The notes under the pieces: generated by a model | Databases searched by the model: none | What the model was told of the DNA's origin: nothing | What the model saw: only the letters and a program-made list of their open reading frames with translations | Shown here: positions 39,601 to 53,900 of the stretch, one piece after another | How positions within the stretch are numbered: the first letter of the stretch is position 1 | How the letters are laid out: each line of letters begins with the position of its first letter | Program-made: the position numbers and the translations under genes | Assembly (NCBI RefSeq): GCF_009914755.1 | Contig: NC_060926.1 | Origin: the human T2T-CHM13v2.0 reference genome, Homo sapiens | Length of the DNA stretch: 64,000 bases | Reading direction: 5' to 3' (one strand)

Positions 39601-40430
39601 TTATTTTTTTTAATTTAACTTTCATGTTAAGTTCAGGGGTACATGTGTAGGTTTGTTATATAGGTAAACTTATTTCATGGGAATTTGTTATATAGATTAT
39701 TTCATCACCCAGGCATTAAGCCTAGTATCCATTAGTTATATTTTCTGATCTTACCCTCCCCTTCCTTCCACGCTCTGATAGGCCCCAGTGTGTGTTGTTC
39801 CCCTCTATGTGTCCATGTGTTCTCATCCTTTAGCTCCCACTTAGAGTGAGAACATGCAGTATTTGGTTTTCTGTTCCTGAGTTAGTTTGCTAAGGATAAT
39901 GGTCTCTATTTCCATTCATGTTCCTGCAAAAAACATCATCTCATTCTTTTTAATAGCTGCATACTATGCCATGGTGTATATTTACCACATTTCCTTTATC
40001 CAGTCAACCATTGATGGGCATTTAAGTTGATCTCATGTCCTTGCTGTTGTGAATAGTTCCGCAATTAACATACACATGCATGCATCTTTATGATAGAAAG
40101 AATTATGTTCCTTTGGGCATATACCTAGCAATGGGATTGTTGGGTTGAATGGTATATCTGTTTTTAGGTCTTTAAGGAATCGTCACACTGTCTTCCACAA
40201 TGGTTGAATATTCCCACCAATTAGTGTATAAGCATCCCTTTTTCTCCATAACCTTGCTAGCGTCTGTTTTTTGTTTTGTTTTGTTTTGCTTTTTCACTTT
40301 TTAATAATAGCTATTATGACTGGTGTGAGATGGTATCTCATGGGGGTTTTGATCTGCATTTCTCTAATGATCAGTGATGCTGAGATTTTTAAATGATTAT
40401 TGGCAGCATGTATGTCTTCTTTTGAAAAGT
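39601..40430 (-). mobile_element. L1PA15/16-like 3' fragment (5'-truncated)
   Basis: 'aagttcaggggtacatgtgtaggtttgttatataggtaaac', 'gtgagaacatgcagtatttgg', 'gactggtgtgagatggtatctca'. Confidence 0.9.
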
Positions 40431-40639
40431 CATACTTAAGATCTTAAAGTAAAAATATTCAAATAGTATAGAACTGTTCATTGTGGCAGAACTAACACCA
40501 TGAGAAAAAATAAATGTAAATCTGCAGATTTCATTAAAAATATATAAGGAGAATGTTAGTATAGCAAATGATTCACTTAAAAAGATTGTAAGCCATATGA
40601 TGCTGACCAAGGTAACGTTTCACCTCTCCCTTTACATAG

Positions 40640-42150
<1,511 letters not shown>

Positions 42151-42838
42151 TAAGTTCAGGTTTATATTAGGTTGCCCAGAAATAATGAATGCTGTGGGAA
42201 AAGGAGAGGAAATCCAGCATTTAAACAGTATACGTGAGAAGAGAAACTGAGAAAGACTTGGAAGCAATGACCATGAGAGTGTGACCCCCAGAATGCTGCT
42301 ATGGAAATTTGCACTAACCCAACATCCTCACCTGCATTTCTGGGCTCTTCTGTATATTTCAAGTGCCAATTAGATGATATTTCTGCTCGGCTCAAAGATT
42401 TTTAATGACTCCCTATTGTTCTCAGAATAAGGACAAGCACCCTCATCAAGTCTCACAGAGCTGCACTGTCACACAGAGCTGCTTTCAGTCCCATCTTCTC
42501 TTACCTCTGGTGCTTAGAGGTTCATCTTTCTCTCTTTGTATCCACCACTTTCCCAAATGCAGTCCATATCAACCATGTTCTCCCATCAACTCTCTCTCAG
42601 TTTTTATGTCTCCAGACATCCTTCCCTAATGGAAGTCCTTCCAGAAGTATCTAGGAATGGCTTTGTGCCTCTCCTACGTGCCCTCATGGATTTCATCAGG
42701 ATGTGTCATGTTACGAGTGATGTCAGTGAAGATGAATATACAGGAATGAACTGAAAGTGAGACACTGAAGGCCAGATGACCAGTTTGGAAGCTGCAGTGA
42801 TCCATGTCCAGGGGTGGCGTGGTTCTGGACTAGAGCAG

Positions 42839-43110
42839 TGTTATCAGTTAGGGTTGTTTGGGTTGCAAGCAACATATACTAAAACTAGATAACTTAAGCA
42901 AAAGGGGACGTGAGGGAAAGATATTGACTAGCTCAATAAATCTACAGAACAGCTGGAGAACTAGGCGTGAAATAATGAAGAGCCAGGGAATGCCTAGAGC
43001 CCTGTAAACCACAGCAACCCTCTCATGTGAGCACTGCTGGATTCAAGTACTGCTCACGGTGGTCATTCTGTCTTCTACTTGGGTCAGACTTTAAAGTCTA
43101 GGATGGGACC
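42839..43110 (-). mobile_element. Old MLT1 (J/K/L-like) LTR fragment
   Basis: 'tgttatcagttagggttgtttgggttgcaagcaac...aacttaagcaaaagggg'. Confidence 0.45.
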
Positions 43111-45506
43111 ACAGCACTGGCCTGTGTGGAGTTGCATGTCTGATCCTTTTGGGAGAGAAGAGAAAGACACTGTTTAAAAACAGTGTCACTTGTTGACTGT
43201 TGCTTCCAATAAAGACAAGTGGTTCAATGAAGAAATGAAGTGATTCCCTTAGGGAAAAGAAAGCAGGCCTCGTATGAGAAACATGATTCTCAGAAGGAGT
43301 AATCAAGAGATAGGAAGGCTTGTGTCAAAAGGAGGCGGGAGGCATGCTAAATGGTTTTTGTTTTAATCACTAAGAAATAGTCACTCTGCGATGTAGAAAC
43401 ATAGAGAATGGATTCTTGTTGCAGCTGTTAAGAAGAGGGAATCAACAGGTCCTTGTGATGATCTTATATGAGAATGCTGTCATGCTATGAAGGTAGTCTG
43501 CATTCAAGGAAAAATGCACCATCTTTTCCTTCAAGAGATTATATTCAAAGCCACTTGGTCATGTTTTCAAATTTCACATTACTTTTTCCTCCAAATTTTG
43601 TTTCCTCCAAATTTCGTAGAGATGAGACATAAAGAACGGTGTGCAGTGACTTCCAGGAGACAGGAAATACATTACAGGAGTTAATCAAACCCAGCTTAAT
43701 TATTAAATTCATTTCTGGAGGAAAGGATGGGTCCTCCAAATTAGAATCTATGAGATGCTCTCGGGAAAAAGACTCTGCACCAGAAGCCACTGACATGCAG
43801 GTGCTGGGTTTCTGATCTGGGAGTTTCCATTGGGCCATAAATTCATTGTATGTCTTAGAATAAGTTACTTAGTTTCCTTAACTGTAAAGTGTTTTGATCA
43901 AAATCCAAGGACTCTTCTCAATTTTGACTAGTACCACTCAATTATCTAGATACTTACGTATCGACCATTTTATTGCAAATTCTTCACTTCACAAACCTGT
44001 CTTCAGAAAACTGGAGAAGGTCAAGCAAAGCATTCGAGATGATTGAACTCAAACTCAGTTTCTTAACAAACACTTGATGGACAGATAAAATGTGCCAGAT
44101 ATTGAGTTGTACATGGGTAAAAACTTATCTTTATTCTGATAAGACAATGTCAATAAAGAATATACAAAGTTTATTTAAAAATTTATAGACAGATATTAAG
44201 TGGGGAAAGTATTATTTATAGATGATAGAGGGAAACTTGTAGAAAGTTTATTCATATGGTAAGCATGAATCTATCATTTCCTTGAAAGATCTTTCCTTGG
44301 GAATGACTCATTCTCTCCAGCAAACACACTTGAGGATCAAGGAAACACTTTTGATCTCCTATAAATAGCATGCGTAGTCGTAGGTACCCGTGGAAGAAAT
44401 AAATATTTGCCTCCAATTGGCTCCATATCCCAGTAATAAATGTTTTCTTTGAATTATATCACAAATTGTGCCTGATCATTCATTATTTAAGAAGCCGAAC
44501 TGGCCTCCATTGAAACAGAATCATGGTTCTATGATTCCATGACTCCATTTACAGGGACAACTTGAAGAGAAACTTAAAAGAGCTGCTCCCTGTCTCACCT
44601 CAGCAAACATCCCCTTGTGTGTGGCTGGGCCTGGCAGCTAAAAGTGGAATATGCTAAAAGGTAAGATGGACCAGATGTCTCAAAACTGTTACAGATCAAA
44701 GCCAAAGTAACTGAAGCAAAGCTACATGCAGAAGGTGGACAGGGAAACTGAAACAAAGCTATGTGTAGAGTGTGGACAGGGACAAATCTGAAAATAAGAG
44801 AATGCCTCTAAGAATAAGGCAGACTGGATTGCAAGCTGTGTCCTGTGTGGACACATGGAGGCCTGTGTGAGTACTGCCCACGGAACTGAAGTAGCCATGG
44901 CTTGTTGCATCGGCTGTTAGCCGTGTGGCGTCTGGTTCAGATTAAATTAAACTAGGGAAGCCTATGATAAAGTATCTTTACTTTCTTCTGTAAGGTCCCC
45001 TGAACTTGCTACTCATACTGACTCTTTACTTCCTAGAAATTAACACAGAGAGGAAAAAAAGAGCAGTTATAAAATTCACAGATTCATAAAAAAAAAAGCA
45101 AAATGTTCTCTCTTTTCTATCCAAGAGAGGCAAATCTATATATAGCACTGAAATCCTAAGGAGGACATCATGTAATAGAATGTTTAACATTTTCAACAAC
45201 GTTTGTAAGGTATATGCGATGTTAAGTTTTAAAGTCCTGTTTTACACAATATTCTTCTACTATGTTCCTTCTGAAGGATTTCTGATGCTGTGTAGCAGTC
45301 AGCCTTTTTGTTTGAAACAGCACAGGAAAAACTGTACTACGTGGGTTTTATGTGTGACTTCCCTTCTGGGGTCTAAGTGCTTGAGATCAAGAAGAATGGC
45401 TAATATTTAATCATTAAGTAGCCATGGAATTGTAACTACATCATTAACCTAACTCACTTTTATATAATGTACATATAAAGTTATTTGTTATTATTGAATG
45501 TATGTG

Positions 45507-45538
45507 TACAAACACACACACAAACACACACACACACA
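45507..45538. repeat. Interrupted (CA)n
   Basis: Directly visible. Confidence 0.85.
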
Positions 45539-46160
45539 GCTTTTTTGTAAATTATAGGACATTGTTAATAGGGTCCTAATATTTGTATGTTCAGATCCTA
45601 GTTCCTGATGTCTTGAAGTGGTGTTTTCCGTGTCATGGGTCTGATGGCTGGGAGATAATCATTTTATAAATGACTCTCCCCACGGTGTCCCCACACTAAC
45701 CCACACTGAAACTCATCTGCCACTTCCCACCCCCTCAGGCAGCCTGGAGCAATCCTCCTGCTGCCGTCTATCCCTGTCAGCTTGACGTCTTTCTATTCAA
45801 CAGCATTTTTAGTCTTGTCTGCAAACTTAGAAATGACACAGTGCACCCCCTCTTCCGGATTAATAAGTAAAATAAGAAATACGATTCATCCTGACAAGCA
45901 TTTTGTAAAACGTTCATTAGCCCTTAAACATCTTTAAAGAAACTTGTTTTTATTGTTCTTGGTGGATTTTTTTAGCATTTTCATGATAATTGAGATTGGA
46001 GTAATTTTAGATTTGCATGTTTGTTAAAATACTTTCAAAGGAAAAATAAAACTATAGAGTGACGAAATATTGGATCTGAAGATGTAGCAGGAGGACTTTA
46101 GAGGAACACAACGCTGTGAAGTGACCCTTACAGAATTGTCCAAGATTTAAAAAGCTGCGC

Positions 46161-46349
46161 CAGAGAGAAACAGTGAAAGACGAAACAGAGACAGAGACAG
46201 AGAGAAAGATGGAGGAAGGGAGAGAAAGAGGCAAAGAAGAGGAGAAAGAAACAAAGACAGAGACAGAGACAGAGAAAGAAGAGGAGAGAGAAAGACAGAG
46301 ATGGAGGGAGAAAGAGAGAGAGGCAAACTGAGAGAAAGAGGGAGAGAGC
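46161..46349. repeat. GA-rich low-complexity tract with (GAGACA)n
   Basis: Directly visible. Confidence 0.85.
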
Positions 46350-48654
46350 TTAAAAAACAAATATGAAGCTGCCTTCAGCCTGGGTGCCCTGAAGGAAAAG
46401 GGCCAGCTCTTCAGTCTGTCTGGGGCTGGAGTAGAGGGGAGCAGAAGGAAGTGGAAAACAAGGACTCACTGCCTTTTCCTGATTCAGCTGCGGTTCCTTT
46501 GCCGTTTCCTGTAGCCGGTAAGAGGGCTCCTAAAGGGTCCCTGGGAACAGCTGTGTGGCCAGCGCCTGCATAATCCATCCTCTTCACCTGTGCTCTGTTC
46601 AAGGCTCCTGGAAACCCTGCAGAAAATGCACTTCCTTACTTGTTAACCTCTATCACCACCTAATTCAGGGGACTAAAAGATTTGCAAGGAAATCAACATA
46701 TTACCTGTAGTTGAGGCTTCTTGGAGAGGAACCCACCTTCCCCCTGCGCACATACACCCAGTTGGCCCAGCGCGTTTGGGGCACAGCAGGTGTCTGCGAT
46801 GGCATCAGGCTCATGTGTCCAATGGCCCATCCTACATCACCTGTATCTGGGGAGGATCCCCAATCAAAATGCATGTGAAGGTGAATATGAAGATTAGCCA
46901 AGCACAAATGATAATGATTGCTACCATTAGAGTAAATGTTATATTAATTCAGCTATTTACAAATATCAGAGGTTTTAAGACTTTAAGTAGTATTGAAATT
47001 ATACAGAAGGGCTCCTTCAATTAAATCCTCTAGGGTTGAACAGGGAACCACAGCGGTGCTACCTCACCAATTTTTACAGCTGTGGTTTGTTTCTGTTCCG
47101 GAATCTGAAGATGGAGCTTCTTTGATTTCAATCTTTTATCTTCATATCAATCTAAAGCCAGTTGATAGGTATCTAGCTAAGGTTGCCTCTGTCTCCTGCA
47201 TTTATAGATTGTTGGAGCTATATTAATTTGCATGAATTTGGTAGTTTACAAAGGGAGAGAGGGTCCTTTCACAATGTTTTTTTTTCTCCATCAAATCCTC
47301 CATAGGCCTCTATGTGATCAGCACATTTCCAGCTTAGTATCCAGGGAGATATTTCTAGATTCATCATCATCTTAGTATCTGCTCCACATGACATCAATTT
47401 GCAGAGGAAAAGTCTTGAATCAAGTGGATCCAATTTGTTGTATGTTTGCAAAACTTCATCGTTTATAAAGTGCTACGGAAATTTTATCATATTCAATCTA
47501 AATCATATCTCTTAAGATCTATAGTAAAATGGTACAATCCCTATTTCACTCATGCAACACTATGTTGTGAAGTGTTAAATGCTCCCCAGAGGGCAAGGAC
47601 AAGCTCTGGCTTTTCCAGTTAGGTAAGTTTACAAGATGATCATTCTCAACTTCTGTCAAAGTTTCAATGTGCCCTCACTAACTACCAAGGGAAACCTGTG
47701 AGCATGCGGAATCAGAAACTGGCTCTCTTTGGCTTTGTGAGTCAAGGCTATGAACTCAGTGAGTTTTCTTTATTTTCCACTTCAGCTCCAGGGTAGGATT
47801 GTGGTAGTTAATGTAGGAGTTGACGAGGGGCTGCTTTCCCCTTTTGAAAGCAAAGGCTCGACAGAAAACCACTTGATGTGTGGCTACCTGACCAACACCC
47901 AGCCAGCACCTTGTCAGTTCAGAATCATTAAGCGGACATCCTCCCTTCTGGGCCATGCACACTTGCATTTCCCTGCCTCCTTTCAGAAGAAGGTATGTTA
48001 GTGGGAGCCACTTACTGCCACCTCTCCAGGGCTTTACAGGTGCACCTGTGTTCTCCACACTGTAGCTAAGTCCAATTTTCTGTTCCTTGTCTAGGATGAG
48101 ACAATGCAGCTGTCACCTCTCTATGTTCTACAGCATTAGTTTAGAATACATTCTCCTGGGTTTCCTATACTCAGGAGCTTTCTGGACAGATTTTTTTTTA
48201 AATGTACTCAGGTCCTCCAGACGTAAATCAAATGCCGGCTGCTTTTCTAATTGCTTGTTTTCTTTTGAACTTGGAAATCACATGTGAAATTTTATCTTAC
48301 TAAAATATAAGTTTACATGGCTATTTTATTATCAGATTCTTTTATATATCTAATCCATAAAACTTTGTTCATCTGTAAAATGGGTTTAATGATGTCTGCC
48401 TGATTTATTCCACAGTGTTTCTGTGTCATGTCTTGCTATGCCTAAATTATTGATTGATATAAAATGTCCATTCTGAAACTGCACTCACGGTGACTACCAG
48501 TGCAAACCTACACATATATATTATCACGTGCCTGCATAGGTTTTATTGCCACCAATATTTTGATCAACAGGAATTTATTGAACGGGCAAAGAATAGGTGA
48601 GGAATAAATTAAAAGTTGTAGGGTGGACCCCTGACCTCTAGCTGTTCAGAGTAC

Positions 48655-48900
48655 AGCGATGGAGCTTGAAGTCTGGAGCCAGACCAGCTCCAGAGTCAGC
48701 ACCCTTGGTTTGGGTGCTGACTCTGCCACCCTCTCACTGAGTGATGCTGGACAAAGTGTTTTTTTTCCACTGGCCTCAGTTATCACATCTGTGGAATGGC
48801 CACAACAACCACCCCTAAACTACAGGGCTGCTGGGGGGATTCAGTGAGCTCTTTCATGTACGCCACTTTGAAGAATGGCTTGTACATGATAAATCCTATA
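48655..48900 (+). mobile_element. MIR SINE
   Basis: 'ctctgccaccctctcactgagtgatgctggacaaag...ggcctcagttatcacatctgtggaatgg'. Confidence 0.65.
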
Positions 48901-49000
48901 AGCCTTTCTTAAATATATAAACAATAGATGTTCTAGTGAGGGAAACAAATGTATTTTATATAATTTTACTGTAATCAAACAGCAGGCGGGGAATTTCTCA

Positions 49001-49546
<546 letters not shown>

Positions 49547-50729
49547 CTATTCTTGAAAATTGACATATGTCCACATTCTACGGAGGGATGCTTTTGCGAT
49601 CCAATTAGAAATAATGAAGCTCACAATATTACACAAGAAGTCAATTCCCAAGAGCTAACAGTGTCCCATACCTAGCACCGTGGCCCAGGGGAACCCAGAG
49701 AGCAACTCTCTTCCTCCAAATGGACATAACAAGCAGGTACTTCCAACACCAGCCGGCTTTGCTGCTCAATTTTCAGAGGATGCCTATCTGTGATAAAGGG
49801 GTGACTTCCACACTTGCTTCAACAAACCTACAGGTAGATTTAGAACAATGGCTTCTGTCTCACATAATTGTTCTTTAAACAAGTGCTTTCTTGATTGGAA
49901 AAGTGATGATTTTATTTCATTTTATTTTTAGAAAAAAAAAAGTCACTGAGCACTGGATGCCGAGGACAGCTGGAGTGCGTGGGATGTGGGACGCTATTTT
50001 TTCCTAGCTGCTTTGGAAACCAAGCAGATGGGTGGCTACTTGATGACATCAGGGGCCATGGATGGTGCATTCCAGCTGCTGACCACATGAACACGTTTAC
50101 TATGGGCAAAGAAGAGAATTTCCCTCCTGCGCTCTGCTTCTCCCTTGGTCCCAGCTTCCTTAGATTGTTTTTCTGGGCTATTGAAATCATGTCTGCCTCC
50201 TTCTCTCTGAAATACACAGCCATGGAGAGTCTCCATGGGGAAAAGAATTTCCAAGTACTTTTTGTGAAACGTGCAAAGGGGCTTTGCAGGATTCAGGTAA
50301 CTTGCTCAGAGCATGGAATTTCTAAATGAAGCAGTGCCGTCAACTTTCTCCCAAGTTGTGTAGATAAGACAAAGCAGTGCTCTCAGGAGAGCTTGGCTCA
50401 CAGCAGAGGGTTGGAAGTGAGTTTCCTGCAATCACAGTGGGAAGGTCTGAGGTCTTCCTCCTAGCCGGAGACATTCGTCTGCTGTTGGAATGGAAACCAG
50501 TAATGAAAAGATAACACTGTATATGCATATTTGCACTTTACAGTTTGCAAAGAGCTCTATACTTTACACATGACAAATGTGATTTCAAATACTCTCAGCT
50601 AAACACCAACTACTGGGGCCTCTTGTGTTTGCAAGACAGCCAAGCCTTCAGACATAGGCTCAATATTTCATGGCTGATGAGATGTAAAATCCTCTCCTAC
50701 GATAAAAGCGTCTGTGAATGTGTGAGTGA

Positions 50730-50925
50730 CAAGCGGCATGGCGTCGTGAAACACGTGGGCTCCAGTCCTGGCTGTCCCAAGTCCCTCTCTGAGTGACAGT
50801 CTGCTCATCTGTTGAATGGGGATTATTCCCCGCATTGCCCACCTTACAGGGTTAGGTGGGGTCAGAAGAAAATCCATTTGAGAAACTGCCTTAGAAATTA
50901 TAAAGTTTTATGTACATGTTACTAA
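50730..50925 (+). mobile_element. MIR SINE
   Basis: 'aagtccctctctgagtgacagtctgctcatctgttgaatggggattatt...accttacagggtt'. Confidence 0.6.
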
Positions 50926-53900
50926 TATTACGAATAGTCTAAGGCTGACATACTCTCAGGAATATTATGATTCTACATAGAATCTTTATCAGACAATAAA
51001 CCTAGACTTCCCAAAGACCTTACCTCTTTGTTAAAACAAGAACACTTTATATCACATCCTCTTTGGCATTTCCCTCAGAAAAGGCCTGGAACAAAACCAT
51101 GTAGACCGAATTCGGTCTGTCTGGTGCTTTTGGCGTTGCATTTTTTTTTTCCTCCCTGCATTTCTCATTTAAGCTTGACAATATCCCTGTGAAGTAGGTA
51201 ACACCTCTGAGACTTCACCTTTGATGAACCAATGCTTAGAAATTTGAAGATTTCTCCAAGACTCAGCTAGGAGGAGTCGGGATTGGAACCCATGCCTTCT
51301 GATCCTGACAACTGAGGCATTGTCAGTGGTCGGCTTTCTTTGGGGGATCCAGCAGGCTCTGGTTCAGTCTTTCTTGGGAGCTTGCTGCTTTAGAAAACCT
51401 TTTCTCATTTCTGTTTGGTCATATGAGATTTCATCTCTGGCTTCCCAAGCGTCTCTGTGGGAAGGGGACTTGAAGCCAGTTTGGAGTTTTAGTAGAAACT
51501 TCTCCAGTACAAGGCAGGTACTCAGGGGTGGGTGCAGACTTGATTTTACAAGTACATCTGTTCTGTTTATTTTTGCTTCTTTGCAGTATTATCAACTTCT
51601 GCTCCATATGGGTGATCCATATTGTGCCTTGGTGAAATGATACCACATTATGCTTTTATGCCTTTATCATCAAACACTACTCATGAAAAAATCACCAGGT
51701 TTGCCTAGGTTCATCTGTTCAATTTATTTTTCCCAAACTTTATTTTGAATAAAACACCTACGGTAAATGTGATTTATGTAAATGAATAAAACAAAACTGT
51801 TATATAAGCTTTTTTGACATCATTCAGTCCCATCCTGTCGGGGCGCCACTATACAAAATCCTCTGGCAGCATGTTTTCCATAGGATTATATTATTTCTGA
51901 AATCGCAGAGCCAAAGAGATAAAACTATAATATACTTTCAAATGCTTTAATTTAATTTTTTCTCTTCTCTCCCCAAGCTTCCCATATGGAGGAACTCCAA
52001 TATTTTAAGAGAAGCTTTTACTTATGAGAATCTTGCAGCACTATTCCAAGTGCCTGTAGCTATTCCTCTCTCTCATACTCTCTGCCTTTCTCTATTTTTC
52101 TCACACCTCGCTCCCTGATTTTATTTAAAGAATGGCAATCTATCTTTCCTTCCCCCTCCCTCCTTTATTGTTATATTTTCTTACTTTCTACCCCCTGGGA
52201 CCCTGAATGGAAGAATTTTCATTTTCCAAGCTGGTGCTAGGGGCCAAGTCCTGTGCCCTGGATTGACACACATCATCTCACGTATTTCACAGGATGCACA
52301 GCCCTGGCAGGTGTTCTTATCTCCACTGGGCAGATGGGAAATGAAGGCTTGGGAAGCTGAAGGGCCTGCCTGGCTCAAGGGCACAGCACTAGACTAACGG
52401 TGGTGCCACTGAACTTGGGGACATCCATGTGTATGCAGGCCGTCTTGGAGGATGAAGGCCTTTGCGCTCACTCTTCCACTGATGGAGACCACTATGTGTA
52501 GTTAATGCCCTGGGTAGCAAGCCCTGGCTTCTGCTAACCGAGGCTCACCACATGGGAGACCCAATGGGTCATTTCATCCTGAGGAAGCTCCCGAGGGCCT
52601 AAATGTCAGCCTGCACTGGCTCCTTTGTTCCATAAGGCAAGGAAACTGAGTCCCAGAGAGAAGGTCACGGCCTTCCCAAAGCAACACATCTAGCAATACG
52701 AAGTGTGTGATAATGAGATCCTTGAGCTCTGTGTGCAGCATGCATTTCCTTATCACCTAACACTCAATTGAAGACCCACACTGGCCCCAGAATGAAGAAG
52801 TAAACCACTGATTAATTCACTAAATATTAGTTTACAAGAACTTCTTAAAGTACATGTGTTATATCAAATGAGGTAATAGACATTTACATTTAACATACTA
52901 TATGAAAGCTTTTTCAAATTATACATTAGTTAAATACATGTTATTTTGGTTGTTGTAAATGTGAACATTTAAGAACAAAAGTGAATTAAACTTAATCCTT
53001 CCATCATAAACAAATGTCAGCTGGCTTGGGTACCTTTGGCTCATTTTTATCATGTTTGTTGAGAGCTCTGTCTTTTATCAAAAGTTGAATTTGCATTACT
53101 ATTGATAAATCCTCTACAAGATTTTTCAAAGAGTTCTTTAAATTTTGTTGTAATTTCAGACACAATATTCAAGCACTGAACTCTTCAGCCCAGTGATTTT
53201 CCTGTGGATTACTCATCAGAAGATACACACTTACTATAGTAACTCCAGAGGCTATAAATCCCTGGAAAGTTCATTCGAATGAAATTTCTATATCCTCATT
53301 TTCCTAGTACCAGGATAGAAAGTATTGAATATTTCTGAAAGTCTCTCTCACTGCAGAATAGCAGGCAAAATTAAAAAAGAAAAAAACCAAAAAAAACACA
53401 CCAAGATTCTTGAGTAGAGAAGAGCTAGAGATAGGCTGATATTTTTCATTCCATAATTCCTGGTGAAACTGCTTAGCCTAAAGGTAGTCATGAGAACACT
53501 TAGTCCCAATGTATACTGTATCTCTGAGATGGTAACTGCGAAAGAGTAGTTGTACATTTGGTGGCCACTAAGCAGATATCATGAGCATTACTGTTTTAAT
53601 ACTTACTTCATTTGCTCAGAATTCATGCTCAGCATCAGTGTTTGGGGATCTGTTTTTAATTATGAAAACTGAGGTCCTATATTGCTTTTGTTCTTCTCTT
53701 TTTGCCACATTTCTGCTGCAGGGGAAAAATGTGCTCTCAACAGCCTGAAAACCTGGCTGAGGACTCCTTCCTAGCTCAGCCCCTGATGCTCATAGGGAAA
53801 GGATCAACATAAAATCATTTCTGTTTCAAAGTGCAACTTACTCCTCATAATAATTGCTATCCTAAATAAGGTGGCAGTTTTTTTTTCTCCTACACAGTTG

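Noticed and set aside
50220-50238. Inverted repeat CCATGGAGA-G-TCTCCATGG
   Set aside because: A 9-bp stem is within chance expectation.
51103-51118. 16-bp perfect palindrome AGACCGAATTCGGTCT
   Set aside because: About one is expected by chance per 65 kb.
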